Shown in pieces: positions 35,368 to 43,750 of a DNA stretch of 64,000 nt. The notes beneath the pieces are model-generated. The model was not told the DNA's origin. It made no database searches and saw only the letters and a program-made list of their open reading frames with translations. Numbering within the stretch: position 1 is the stretch's first letter; each line of letters starts with the position of its first letter. Made by a program: the position numbers and the translations under genes. Location: NCBI GenBank assembly GCA_043789035.1, contig JAYWIG010000039.1:2434-66433 (forward strand). The letters are read 5' to 3'. The stretch comes from Betaproteobacteria bacterium (lineage in GTDB: Bacteria > Pseudomonadota > Gammaproteobacteria > Burkholderiales > Burkholderiaceae_E).

Positions 35368-37221
35368 ATGAGCACCATAGAAGCGTCGTCAAAGTCTCTA
35401 TTTTCGAAAATTGGCCCATTCATGCCAACTGTCGCGATATTGGGCGTAACCATCCCCGCTGTCATTTACATCTCCATCATGATCAGTCTCGGGTGGAGCT
35501 ACCCCATTCTGGGTGCTAAAGCCGCCACTAGTGCGTTCAGCTCTGCAAATGCCAATGTGTATTTGTACGAATCGACGGCCACGAAAGATCACTTTACAAA
35601 AATCGGCGGCAATTATGACACCCTACTAACTCCATGGCGCACGTATTTTTCGGAGCGTAATCGCTCCTACAAAACAGTCAACACAGAAGCTGCGCTAGCA
35701 AAGTTAAAAACTGGCGTACTGGTTTTGCCGTCGGCCGTCGCGTTAAGCGATGCCGAGCGAATATCAATTCTCAAATTTCGAGAAAATGGTGGTTCCGTGC
35801 TCGCCACCTGGGCAACTGGCACCAGAAACGACAGAGGCGAATGGACAGGATGGGAGCTGCTCCAACAGTTCGGAGCAACTTATATCGGCGATATTCCAAA
35901 CGACGCAGAAGCCCGTCAATTAATTTTGACAGGGGAGTCGCCACTTAGTCACAGCCAGCCCGCTGGCCAAAGAATTTGGATGGGAAAAACGCCCGAATTA
36001 CTATTAAGAATTCAAGGTGAAATGGCAGCAGGTCGGCTTATGAACTGGGCTCGTATTGCAGATGACTCTCGCAAGCAAGAAGGCGCTGTGGTGTATTCTG
36101 AAAGCGCAAATACAGGCGCAAGGGCTGCGGTATTTGCATTCTCAGAGAATGCTTGGGAATCGCGCCCTTTTGCAGCTCAACAACTCATTGATGACACCAT
36201 GAAATGGTTACTGCATGAAGCTGTGGCAGTACGCGCAGCATGGCCCAGCGGCAAACGAGCTGCGCAAGTAATAGAAATGGATACTGAAGAAGGCTTTCCA
36301 AATTCTCTGGAATTTGCGTCGATCATGGTTAAAAACGGTATTCCTGCAACCTGTTATGTGCTCACTTCGGTTGCAAAGTCGTTTGCTCAAACTCTGACGA
36401 GCTTGGCTAAGGGCTGCGAAATCGCGTTGCACGGCGACGTACACGATAGCTTCAAGGCTCAGGCACCCAGCGTTCAACAAAAGCGAATCAGTGACATGAA
36501 AACCGATATCGCAACTCTACTACCTGGCAACAACAAAATCACAGGTTTTAGAGCACCTACCGAAGGCTATGACCGAACTACGGAAAGCTTGTTACACAAA
36601 GCGGGTATCAGCCATCATGCAGCTGACCCTCAACGTACTGAGGCAAGGCTACCATTATTTGCGGGCATACCTGAAACAGAACCGAGTACCGATCTCGTCG
36701 TGCTGCCTCGAACTCAACGCGATGATATTAATTTAGCGTCACAAAATTTAAGTGCGGAACAAACTAGCAAAGCGTTAATTGACGACTTCGACGAAGCCGT
36801 TCGTACAGGTGCTCTCGGTTGGCTAAGCGTGCATAGCCAAAACTTCGCAGCGGGAAGTACATTGGCCAACGCATTTCCTGAGTACTTGGCACACCTTCGA
36901 AAGAGTAGCGGTAAGGTTTGGCTGGCTAGTGCAAACCAAGTGACGCAGTGGTGGCGCAATCGCGATCGGTTTAAACTTGACACGGCATATAACGGCAAAC
37001 GCTTTGACATGAACATCACTATCAAAGGATCAGAACCAGTTGCAGGCGCCAGTGTCGTGGTCATGCTACCGAAAAGAGGTTTCGTACCAAATGTCGCCGG
37101 CACAAAAATTGGCATGCCATCACCCACTGTTGAAGTGATTGACGACTTTAGAGCGTCTATCATCTACCCAACTTTAAAGCCAGGAAACTACAGCTATCAG
37201 GTAACTTTCGCGCCGAGGTAA
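35368..37221 (+). CDS. Membrane-anchored protein: conserved N-terminal domain plus a CE4/NodB-like polysaccharide deacetylase domain with motifs retained
   Basis: It has an N-terminal TM and is a paralog of 15958-17934. The deacetylase motif positions read IEMDTEEG / ALHGDVH (H-x3-H) / FRAPTEGY (R-x-P). Confidence 0.65.
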   Translation: MSTIEASSKSLFSKIGPFMPTVAILGVTIPAVIYISIMISLGWSYPILGAKAATSAFSSANANVYLYESTATKDHFTKIGGNYDTLLTPWRTYFSERNRSYKTVNTEAALAKLKTGVLVLPSAVALSDAERISILKFRENGGSVLATWATGTRNDRGEWTGWELLQQFGATYIGDIPNDAEARQLILTGESPLSHSQPAGQRIWMGKTPELLLRIQGEMAAGRLMNWARIADDSRKQEGAVVYSESANTGARAAVFAFSENAWESRPFAAQQLIDDTMKWLLHEAVAVRAAWPSGKRAAQVIEMDTEEGFPNSLEFASIMVKNGIPATCYVLTSVAKSFAQTLTSLAKGCEIALHGDVHDSFKAQAPSVQQKRISDMKTDIATLLPGNNKITGFRAPTEGYDRTTESLLHKAGISHHAADPQRTEARLPLFAGIPETEPSTDLVVLPRTQRDDINLASQNLSAEQTSKALIDDFDEAVRTGALGWLSVHSQNFAAGSTLANAFPEYLAHLRKSSGKVWLASANQVTQWWRNRDRFKLDTAYNGKRFDMNITIKGSEPVAGASVVVMLPKRGFVPNVAGTKIGMPSPTVEVIDDFRASIIYPTLKPGNYSYQVTFAPR

Positions 37222-37228
37222 ACTTAAA

Positions 37229-37718
37229 GTGATGAAGTTACATTACAACATTGCACCGGGCTCAATTAAAGTGGCTTTGCTATTGGCAGAGCTAGGAATC
37301 GCCTATGATTCAAATCCGGTAGACACTAGAAAAACTCCGAACGCCAAAGCGCCCGCACTTGAAGATGGCACGGTTACTGTATTCGATAGCAGCGCGATTT
37401 TGCTTTATCTCGCAGACCTAGATAATCGCTTTTTGCCAGCGACAGACAACCCACAATTGCGAGCTAAGGCACTTTCGCTACATTGCCCCGCAACCAAATA
37501 ATTATGGGCTTACGCTTTTCGACTATGAAGCCAACAGGCATCTCCTTACGACTGTATGGCAGCGCTACCCTAACATCAAACGCCATACCGATTTAATCTC
37601 GCAACGCCCTTCGATTCAAAACGTCGAACAACTCAAAAAGAAACATAACTTTAAAGTCGCCAGGCGTTATCGCCCAGTACCTGTGGTTACTTCGACTAGC
37701 GCTGAAGCATCTATTTAG
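37229..37718 (+). pseudogene. Glutathione S-transferase remnant (internal deletion plus frameshift)
   Basis: The 37229-37501 frame gives a GST N-terminal thioredoxin-like domain (...APALEDGTVTVFDSSAILLYLAD) and stops after 90 aa. The +1 frame from about 37503 gives a GST C-terminal tail (FDYEANRHLLTTVWQRYPNIKRHTDLISQRPSIQNVE...) ending at the TAG at 37716-37718. The alpha4-alpha5 region is absent. Confidence 0.65.
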
Positions 37719-38964
37719 CTTGCAGCTCTTGCTTTAATCCGTAAGCTGCCACCAAGCAACCAAAGGTCAGCGCTGCCATGACCCACCAAGCGCTGGCCCA
37801 ATCGTTGGAGCGTTGCACTGTCCAAGCAATCAGCGGTGGTGTCATCACCTGCCCGAAGGCACTACCTTGCTGAAACATACCAGCGGTCGTACCCACCGCC
37901 CGTTCACCGTTCTTTAGCAATGGTGCCAATGCAGCGACCAAGCCGAAAATCGTGCTCGGAATAAAACCGCCTATCAATGAGAAAGTTACTACAGCGGCGA
38001 ATCGAACCGTAAATGAGAGCTCAATTCCGATAAACCGCTGCAAAGCACCCAGCACAACCGCTAAACATAAGCTCATAACGCAAGCTGCTATCGCCACTAT
38101 CGACCAAGGTGACAATCGGATTTTCGAAGAGCCCGCCACAACATTGCCGATAGAGTTCGCGAAAACAGCCAAAGCGGTAAGCCACCCAATCGTGATTGCG
38201 TCTATGCCCTGCTCTTTGTAAATTGTCGGCAAAAAACCAAATAAACCTGACCATTGCGCAGCATAGCAAAGAAATAGCAGCGCCAGTAACCACGGGCCAC
38301 TTTCACCAACGGTTGCGCGAAGAATTGACGCAAAACTAAGCATCTGGGTCGAGCCCGATGTAGCAACAGCATCTTTAGGCAAATTTCGTGACACCACAGC
38401 GAATAGCAATAAACTGATAACGCCTAGAACAATCCACACACCACGCCACCCCATCACCCGAGAAAGCATGGGTGCAGCTACAAGCCCTAGCGCCATCCCG
38501 GTGGGCATATAGGCCGACCACCAGCCCATGTATCGCCTAAGCTGTGCAATAGGGACTAAACCTTGCAACAAACCCGGCCCTGGTAGTACCGTGAAAATAA
38601 ACGCAAAACTCTCAATCGTTCGGAATACGAGTAACCAAACTAGACCGTTCACGCTTCCACGCTCGACTAGCAAGCCAGCGCCAACGCTCGAACATCCCAA
38701 CAGCGCAAGGCCCGTCAACATTAAGCGTTTACGACCGATTTTGTCGGCTAAAAGGCCCCCCATCATGCCAAGCAACATGCCAGCGATCTGAAAAACGGCC
38801 AGCAACCAACCGGTTTCGATGCGGCTTAAGCGCATTTCTTCAGCCACCAAAGGCAACATTGCAGGTAACTTACCCACATGGAGCGCCGCTGCAACACCGC
38901 AAACTAGCACCCACATTGCAGCGGCCCGAGGTTGTTCGCTTGGTGTATGGGAAAATGCCGTCAT
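37711..38964 (-). CDS. MFS transporter
   Basis: About 12 TM segments, with the loop motif GLLADKIGRKRLM (MFS motif A-like). The ORF-track start at 39147 runs antisense into uup, so the ATG at 38964 (or 38916) is preferred. Confidence 0.8.
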   Translation of the reverse strand: MTAFSHTPSEQPRAAAMWVLVCGVAAALHVGKLPAMLPLVAEEMRLSRIETGWLLAVFQIAGMLLGMMGGLLADKIGRKRLMLTGLALLGCSSVGAGLLVERGSVNGLVWLLVFRTIESFAFIFTVLPGPGLLQGLVPIAQLRRYMGWWSAYMPTGMALGLVAAPMLSRVMGWRGVWIVLGVISLLLFAVVSRNLPKDAVATSGSTQMLSFASILRATVGESGPWLLALLFLCYAAQWSGLFGFLPTIYKEQGIDAITIGWLTALAVFANSIGNVVAGSSKIRLSPWSIVAIAACVMSLCLAVVLGALQRFIGIELSFTVRFAAVVTFSLIGGFIPSTIFGLVAALAPLLKNGERAVGTTAGMFQQGSAFGQVMTPPLIAWTVQRSNDWASAWWVMAALTFGCLVAAYGLKQELQAK

Positions 38965-40888
38965 GTCTTTAATAACTCTTATGAATGCGCATCTGGCTTT
39001 TGGCCATGTAGCGTTGTTGGATGGTGCTGATTTTTCGCTACAAGCTGGTGAAAGAGTCGGTTTAATTGGTCGCAATGGTACGGGGAAGTCTAGTCTACTA
39101 AAAATTCTCAGTGGCACGCAAAAAGCCGATGATGGCGAATTGCGCATGATCGGCGGCTTAAGGGTCTACTACGTAGCCCAAGAAGCCGATATTGCCGATG
39201 AACTCACGGTTTTCGACGCTGTAGCACTCGGTTTGGGGGAAGTTAAAACCGCTCGCGACCGCTATGAAGCTCTGTCGATGGAAACTGAGCTCGATGTAAG
39301 CGCAGAAGTCGATGAGCTACATGCCAAAATCGATTCGCTCGACGGCTGGGCTTGGGAGCAAAAAGTAGAAACGGCTCTTGAGCGGTTTTCTTTAAATGGC
39401 ACTGCCATTATTGGCACCTTGTCAGGTGGGCAGCGCAAGCGTGTATCGTTAGCTCAGGCATTAGTGGCCCAGCCCGATGTGCTTTTACTCGACGAACCTA
39501 CCAATCACTTAGACATTGCCTCTATCGGCTGGCTTGAAGGCTTGCTTAAATCGTTCAAGGGTGCGGTGGTGTACGTCACCCATGATCGAGTCTTTCTCGA
39601 TCAGCTTGCAACTCGAATTTTAGAACTCGATCGAGGCAATTTACGCAGCTACCCCGGTAACTTCACGACTTACCAAGAATTCAAAGTCAAGCAATTGGCC
39701 GAGGAAGCTGTACTCGCCGCCAAAGCCGACAAGTTGCTCAGCCAAGAAGAAGTATGGATTCGCCAAGGCGTTGAAGCTCGCCGCACTCGCAGCGTATCGC
39801 GAGTGAATCGTTTACAAGAGTTACGGGCTAATCGCCAAGCTCGCCGAGAGCAAGTCGGTAGCGTTCGATTAAACGTTGATGCAGGTGAGAAGAGCGGCAA
39901 GATTGTTGCTGAACTTGAAAACGTGAATGTACGTTTCGGGCACAAAAACATTATTGAAGACTTTTCAGCCATCGTGCTGCGGGGTGACAAAGTTGGTTTA
40001 ATCGGCCCAAATGGTGCCGGTAAAACTACCCTGCTCAAACTTATTCTCGGTGAACTGCTGCCGGACAGCGGCACGGTAAAGCAAGGTACCAACTTGCAAG
40101 TTGCTTACTACGATCAAATGCGCGAAGCGCTTGACCCTGATGCGACATTGATGGATTTCATCAGCCCCGGCTCGGAATGGGTAGAGATTGGCGGCAAGCG
40201 TACGCATGTGATGAGTTACCTAGGGGATTTCTTGTTTAGCCCTAAGCGGGCCATGTCGCCTATCAAATCGCTAAGTGGTGGTGAACGGAATCGGCTTTTG
40301 CTTGCGCGTTTATTCGCAAGGCCTGCCAACATTTTGGTGCTCGATGAGCCAACCAACGATTTGGACATCGAAACATTGGAGCTACTGGAAGACTTGCTGC
40401 AAAGCTACAAGGGCACGGTATTTTTGGTAAGCCACGACAGAGAGTTTTTAGATAACGTGGTGACCAGCACGATTGCTTTTGAGAAGCCGGGTAAATGGCG
40501 TGAGTATGAGGGCGGCTTTCAGGATTGGATGACTCAATCAGGCAATAACTTGGCCAGCCTTGCGAACCTGAGTCTGGCATCTTCGCTTAGCCAAATTGCA
40601 CCTGAACCCAAAACTGCTTCAACTGAAACAAAGGTCATTGCAACGGTTGCAGCGCCAACTAAAGGCCCAAAACTCAGTTATAAAGAGCAACGCGAACTGG
40701 ATGCCCTGCCCAAGCTCATCGATTCCTTAGAAGCAGAGCAACGCACGATTGCAAAAGCGCTTGCTGAAGGTTCTATATATCGAACTGACCCAAAAGCTGC
40801 GACCGCCATGCAACAACGTAATGCAGTCATTGAAGATGAGCTACTTGTAGCGCTAGAAAAGTGGGAAGCACTGAGTGCTAGGGGCTAG
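38963..40888 (+). CDS. uup: ABC-F family ATPase (Uup-like)
   Basis: [14 protein letters not shown] matches the Uup N-terminus. It has two ABC cassettes (GRNGTGKSS / LSGGQRKR / [11 protein letters not shown] and GPNGAGKTT / LSGGERNR / [11 protein letters not shown]) and a C-terminal coiled coil. Confidence 0.9.
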   Translation: MSLITLMNAHLAFGHVALLDGADFSLQAGERVGLIGRNGTGKSSLLKILSGTQKADDGELRMIGGLRVYYVAQEADIADELTVFDAVALGLGEVKTARDRYEALSMETELDVSAEVDELHAKIDSLDGWAWEQKVETALERFSLNGTAIIGTLSGGQRKRVSLAQALVAQPDVLLLDEPTNHLDIASIGWLEGLLKSFKGAVVYVTHDRVFLDQLATRILELDRGNLRSYPGNFTTYQEFKVKQLAEEAVLAAKADKLLSQEEVWIRQGVEARRTRSVSRVNRLQELRANRQARREQVGSVRLNVDAGEKSGKIVAELENVNVRFGHKNIIEDFSAIVLRGDKVGLIGPNGAGKTTLLKLILGELLPDSGTVKQGTNLQVAYYDQMREALDPDATLMDFISPGSEWVEIGGKRTHVMSYLGDFLFSPKRAMSPIKSLSGGERNRLLLARLFARPANILVLDEPTNDLDIETLELLEDLLQSYKGTVFLVSHDREFLDNVVTSTIAFEKPGKWREYEGGFQDWMTQSGNNLASLANLSLASSLSQIAPEPKTASTETKVIATVAAPTKGPKLSYKEQRELDALPKLIDSLEAEQRTIAKALAEGSIYRTDPKAATAMQQRNAVIEDELLVALEKWEALSARG

Positions 40889-42725
40889 CCTACTTAAAAA
40901 GTACTTCGGCTATAACGCGTTTCGAGGCGAGCAACAGGCCATTATCGAAACCGTTGCTAACGGGGGCGACTGCCTAGTGCTTATGCCAACGGGTGGCGGC
41001 AAATCCATGTGCTATCAGTTGCCCTCTCTCATGCGCGAAGGTACGGGCATTGTTGTATCGCCATTGATCGCGTTAATGCAAGATCAGGTGAGCGCGCTCA
41101 CCGCAGTGGGCATTAAGGCCGCATATTTAAACTCTAGCTTAAGCCAACGAGAAGCTGCTGAAGTCGAACAAGCATTGCGCCTAGGCAAGCTCGATTTGCT
41201 TTACGTGGCACCTGAGCGCTTGCTGACCGAGCGCTGCATGAGTTTGCTAAACGACTGCAAGATTGCATTGTTCGCTATTGATGAAGCTCACTGCGTCTCA
41301 CAGTGGGGGCATGACTTTCGACCAGAGTATGCGCAGCTTTGCGTGCTGGCAGCGAGATTTCCTTCAGTGCCAAGAGTCGCGCTGACGGCTACTGCGGATA
41401 CGCTGACTCGCCAAGAGATTATCGAAAGGCTAAGCTTGCAACGAGCAAGAGTTTTCGTATCCAGCTTCGATAGGCCAAATATCGAATATCTCATCGTCGA
41501 GAAAACCGATCCAAAAAAGCAGTTGTTACAGTTTCTTCGAAAATATCACGAAGGCGATGCCGGTGTTGTGTACTGTTTATCTCGCAGCAAAGTCGATATG
41601 ACGGCCGCATTTCTCCAAGAAGAAGGCTTCGACGCCCTGCCCTACCACGCAGGCCTTGACACGGAAGTACGGAGCAAAAACCAGGCTCGTTTCCTAAGGG
41701 ACGAAAGTGTAGTAATTGTGGCAACCATTGCTTTCGGCATGGGTATTGACAAGCCCGATGTGCGCTTCGTCGCCCATTTAGATTTGCCCAAAAGCATTGA
41801 AGGTTATTACCAAGAAACTGGCCGCGCCGGACGCGATGGTTTACCTTCTAACGCTTGGATGACTTACGGACTGCAAGACGTTGTACAACAACGGCGCATG
41901 ATTGATCAGTCCGAAGCGAGCGATGAATACAAGCAAGTATGCACCGGCAAGCTTGATGCGTTGTTAGCACTTGCAGAAAGTGCGCAATGCAGACGGCGAC
42001 ATTTGCTGACCTACTTCGGCGAAGAGCGTGGGCCGCAATATCAATGCGGGAACTGTGACAACTGCAAAACACCACCAGTCACTTTTGACGGCACGGAAGT
42101 TATGCAAAAGCTACTATCTTGTTGCTACCGTACCGGGCAGCGCTTCGGTGCCCTGCATCTTATCGATGTGTTGCGAGGTAAAACCACTGAAAAAATCACT
42201 CGCTTTCAACACGATGCCTTGGCCGTTTTTGGCGTAGGCGCCGAGCTTGATGAGAAACAATGGCGTACCGTCCTGAGGCAAGCCATTGCACTCGGGCTTT
42301 TATCGGTCGATGCCCAAGCATTCAATACATTAAAACTTACCGATGCAGCTAGGTCGATATTAAAAGGCGAGCGGCGACTTGCCTTGCGGCAAAGCTTGCT
42401 CGAAGCTAACGAGACCAGCACTGGACGAGGCAAAGCCGCAAATAGAGGTGTAAACAGCGGCAGCGCAAAGCCTAAAAAAACTGTCATGGCCAATGTCCAA
42501 GACCAAGGCCTATTCGACGCCTTACGTTCGTGGCGCACGCAACGAGCAAAACAAGATAACGTACCCGCTTATGTAGTGATGCACGATGCGACCATGCAAT
42601 TGCTCGCGACGGAAAAGCCGACTCGAATGTCGACGCTTGAACAAATTTCAGGCTTAGGCGAAACTAAACGTGCGCGCTATGGCGAAGATATTATTCAAGT
42701 CATTCAAGAATTTGAGCAGCAGTAA
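40875..42725 (+). CDS. recQ: ATP-dependent DNA helicase RecQ
   Basis: Motifs [22 protein letters not shown] box ([20 protein letters not shown]), a Zn-binding Cys cluster ([10 protein letters not shown]...CGNCDNC) and a C-terminal HRDC domain. Confidence 0.9.
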   Translation: MLGASLLKKYFGYNAFRGEQQAIIETVANGGDCLVLMPTGGGKSMCYQLPSLMREGTGIVVSPLIALMQDQVSALTAVGIKAAYLNSSLSQREAAEVEQALRLGKLDLLYVAPERLLTERCMSLLNDCKIALFAIDEAHCVSQWGHDFRPEYAQLCVLAARFPSVPRVALTATADTLTRQEIIERLSLQRARVFVSSFDRPNIEYLIVEKTDPKKQLLQFLRKYHEGDAGVVYCLSRSKVDMTAAFLQEEGFDALPYHAGLDTEVRSKNQARFLRDESVVIVATIAFGMGIDKPDVRFVAHLDLPKSIEGYYQETGRAGRDGLPSNAWMTYGLQDVVQQRRMIDQSEASDEYKQVCTGKLDALLALAESAQCRRRHLLTYFGEERGPQYQCGNCDNCKTPPVTFDGTEVMQKLLSCCYRTGQRFGALHLIDVLRGKTTEKITRFQHDALAVFGVGAELDEKQWRTVLRQAIALGLLSVDAQAFNTLKLTDAARSILKGERRLALRQSLLEANETSTGRGKAANRGVNSGSAKPKKTVMANVQDQGLFDALRSWRTQRAKQDNVPAYVVMHDATMQLLATEKPTRMSTLEQISGLGETKRARYGEDIIQVIQEFEQQ

Positions 42726-42740
42726 CTTTAGGACTTCAAA

Positions 42741-43736
42741 GTGAGCAAATTGAGCAATTTGAAAATAGGAATCTACGGTGCGGGTGCCATTGGTGGTTGG
42801 TTAGGCGCAAGAGTGGGTGCACTAGGCCATGAGATGAGTGTCGTTGCTCGTGGTGCTAACTTAGCCGCATTACAAGCCAAGGGCCTGCGCCTGCTTCAGA
42901 ACACTGGGCAAGAAATTCAAGTGCCAGTAAAAGCCTCGGATAAGCCCGCAGATTTTGGCGCGCAAGACCTCATCATTGTCTCGGTAAAAGCTCAGTCGAT
43001 GCCAGACGTCGCGCGAGCAATTGGCCCTATGATAGGCCCAAAAACATTAGTGTTTACGGCAATGAATGGCGTACCTTGGTGGTTTCTCAATGGCTTCGGT
43101 GGTGCATTCGCAAATCGGCAATTACCCTCTATCGACCCAGGCAGCGTGATTGCAAACGCTATTCCTGCCGAACAGGTTGTTGGTTGCGTCGTACATGCCA
43201 CCTGCTCAACCCCTGAACCCGGTTTGGTTAAACACCAGTTCGGCAACAAACTCATTATTGGCGAGCCCTCAGGCGGCAACTCCGCAAGATTACAAATCCT
43301 CCATGATGTGTTTACTCAGGCCGGATACGAAACCGTTACCAGCACTGAAATTCAGAAAGATGTTTGGTTCAAACTTTGGGGCAACATGACGGTGAACCCA
43401 ATTTCCGGCATGACAGGTGCCACAACCGACAAAATTCTCGATGACGATTTGGTGCGAGCCTTTATCTCTTCGATCATGTTGGAAGCAAAAGAGATTGGTA
43501 ACCGATTAGGGATAGTGATTGATCAAGAACCTGAAGACAGGCATCTCGTTACACGAAAATTAGGGGCCTTCAAGCCTTCGATGTTGCAAGACGTGGAAGC
43601 AGGTAAATCAATCGAACTCGACGCTCTCGTTACCGTGGTTACCGAACTTGGAAAAATGACTGGAATAGAAACGCCCAACACGAACATTTTGCTGGGCTTA
43701 AGTCGTTTGCATGCAAGAACCCATGGGCTGTATTGA
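42741..43736 (+). CDS. panE: 2-dehydropantoate 2-reductase (ApbA/PanE family)
   Basis: An N-terminal Rossmann motif IGIYGAGAIGGWLG and the ApbA C-terminal domain pattern (KLWGN..VNP...SMLQD...G...E.D). Confidence 0.8.
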   Translation: MSKLSNLKIGIYGAGAIGGWLGARVGALGHEMSVVARGANLAALQAKGLRLLQNTGQEIQVPVKASDKPADFGAQDLIIVSVKAQSMPDVARAIGPMIGPKTLVFTAMNGVPWWFLNGFGGAFANRQLPSIDPGSVIANAIPAEQVVGCVVHATCSTPEPGLVKHQFGNKLIIGEPSGGNSARLQILHDVFTQAGYETVTSTEIQKDVWFKLWGNMTVNPISGMTGATTDKILDDDLVRAFISSIMLEAKEIGNRLGIVIDQEPEDRHLVTRKLGAFKPSMLQDVEAGKSIELDALVTVVTELGKMTGIETPNTNILLGLSRLHARTHGLY

Positions 43737-43750
43737 GAAAGAGCGATCGC

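Noticed and set aside
35171-35371. 66-aa alternative-frame ORF overlapping the 74-aa small membrane protein ORF
   Set aside because: The 35137-35361 frame gives a clean TM helix plus basic tail and abuts the GT2 stop. The alternative frame has no such features.
15653-37718. Genomic-island hallmarks (integrase, transposase, IS ends, flanking tRNA or direct repeats) around the EPS locus
   Set aside because: None was found in the ORF translations or intergenic sequence. Only a compositional hint and a decayed GST gene at the right border were seen, and these are reported separately as low-confidence observations.
38819-39147. Mutually antisense N-terminal extensions of uup (from 38819) and the MFS gene (to 39147)
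   Set aside because: Each extension is the reverse complement of the other gene's coding sequence. The family-typical N-termini begin at 38963 (uup) and at 38964 or 38916 (MFS).
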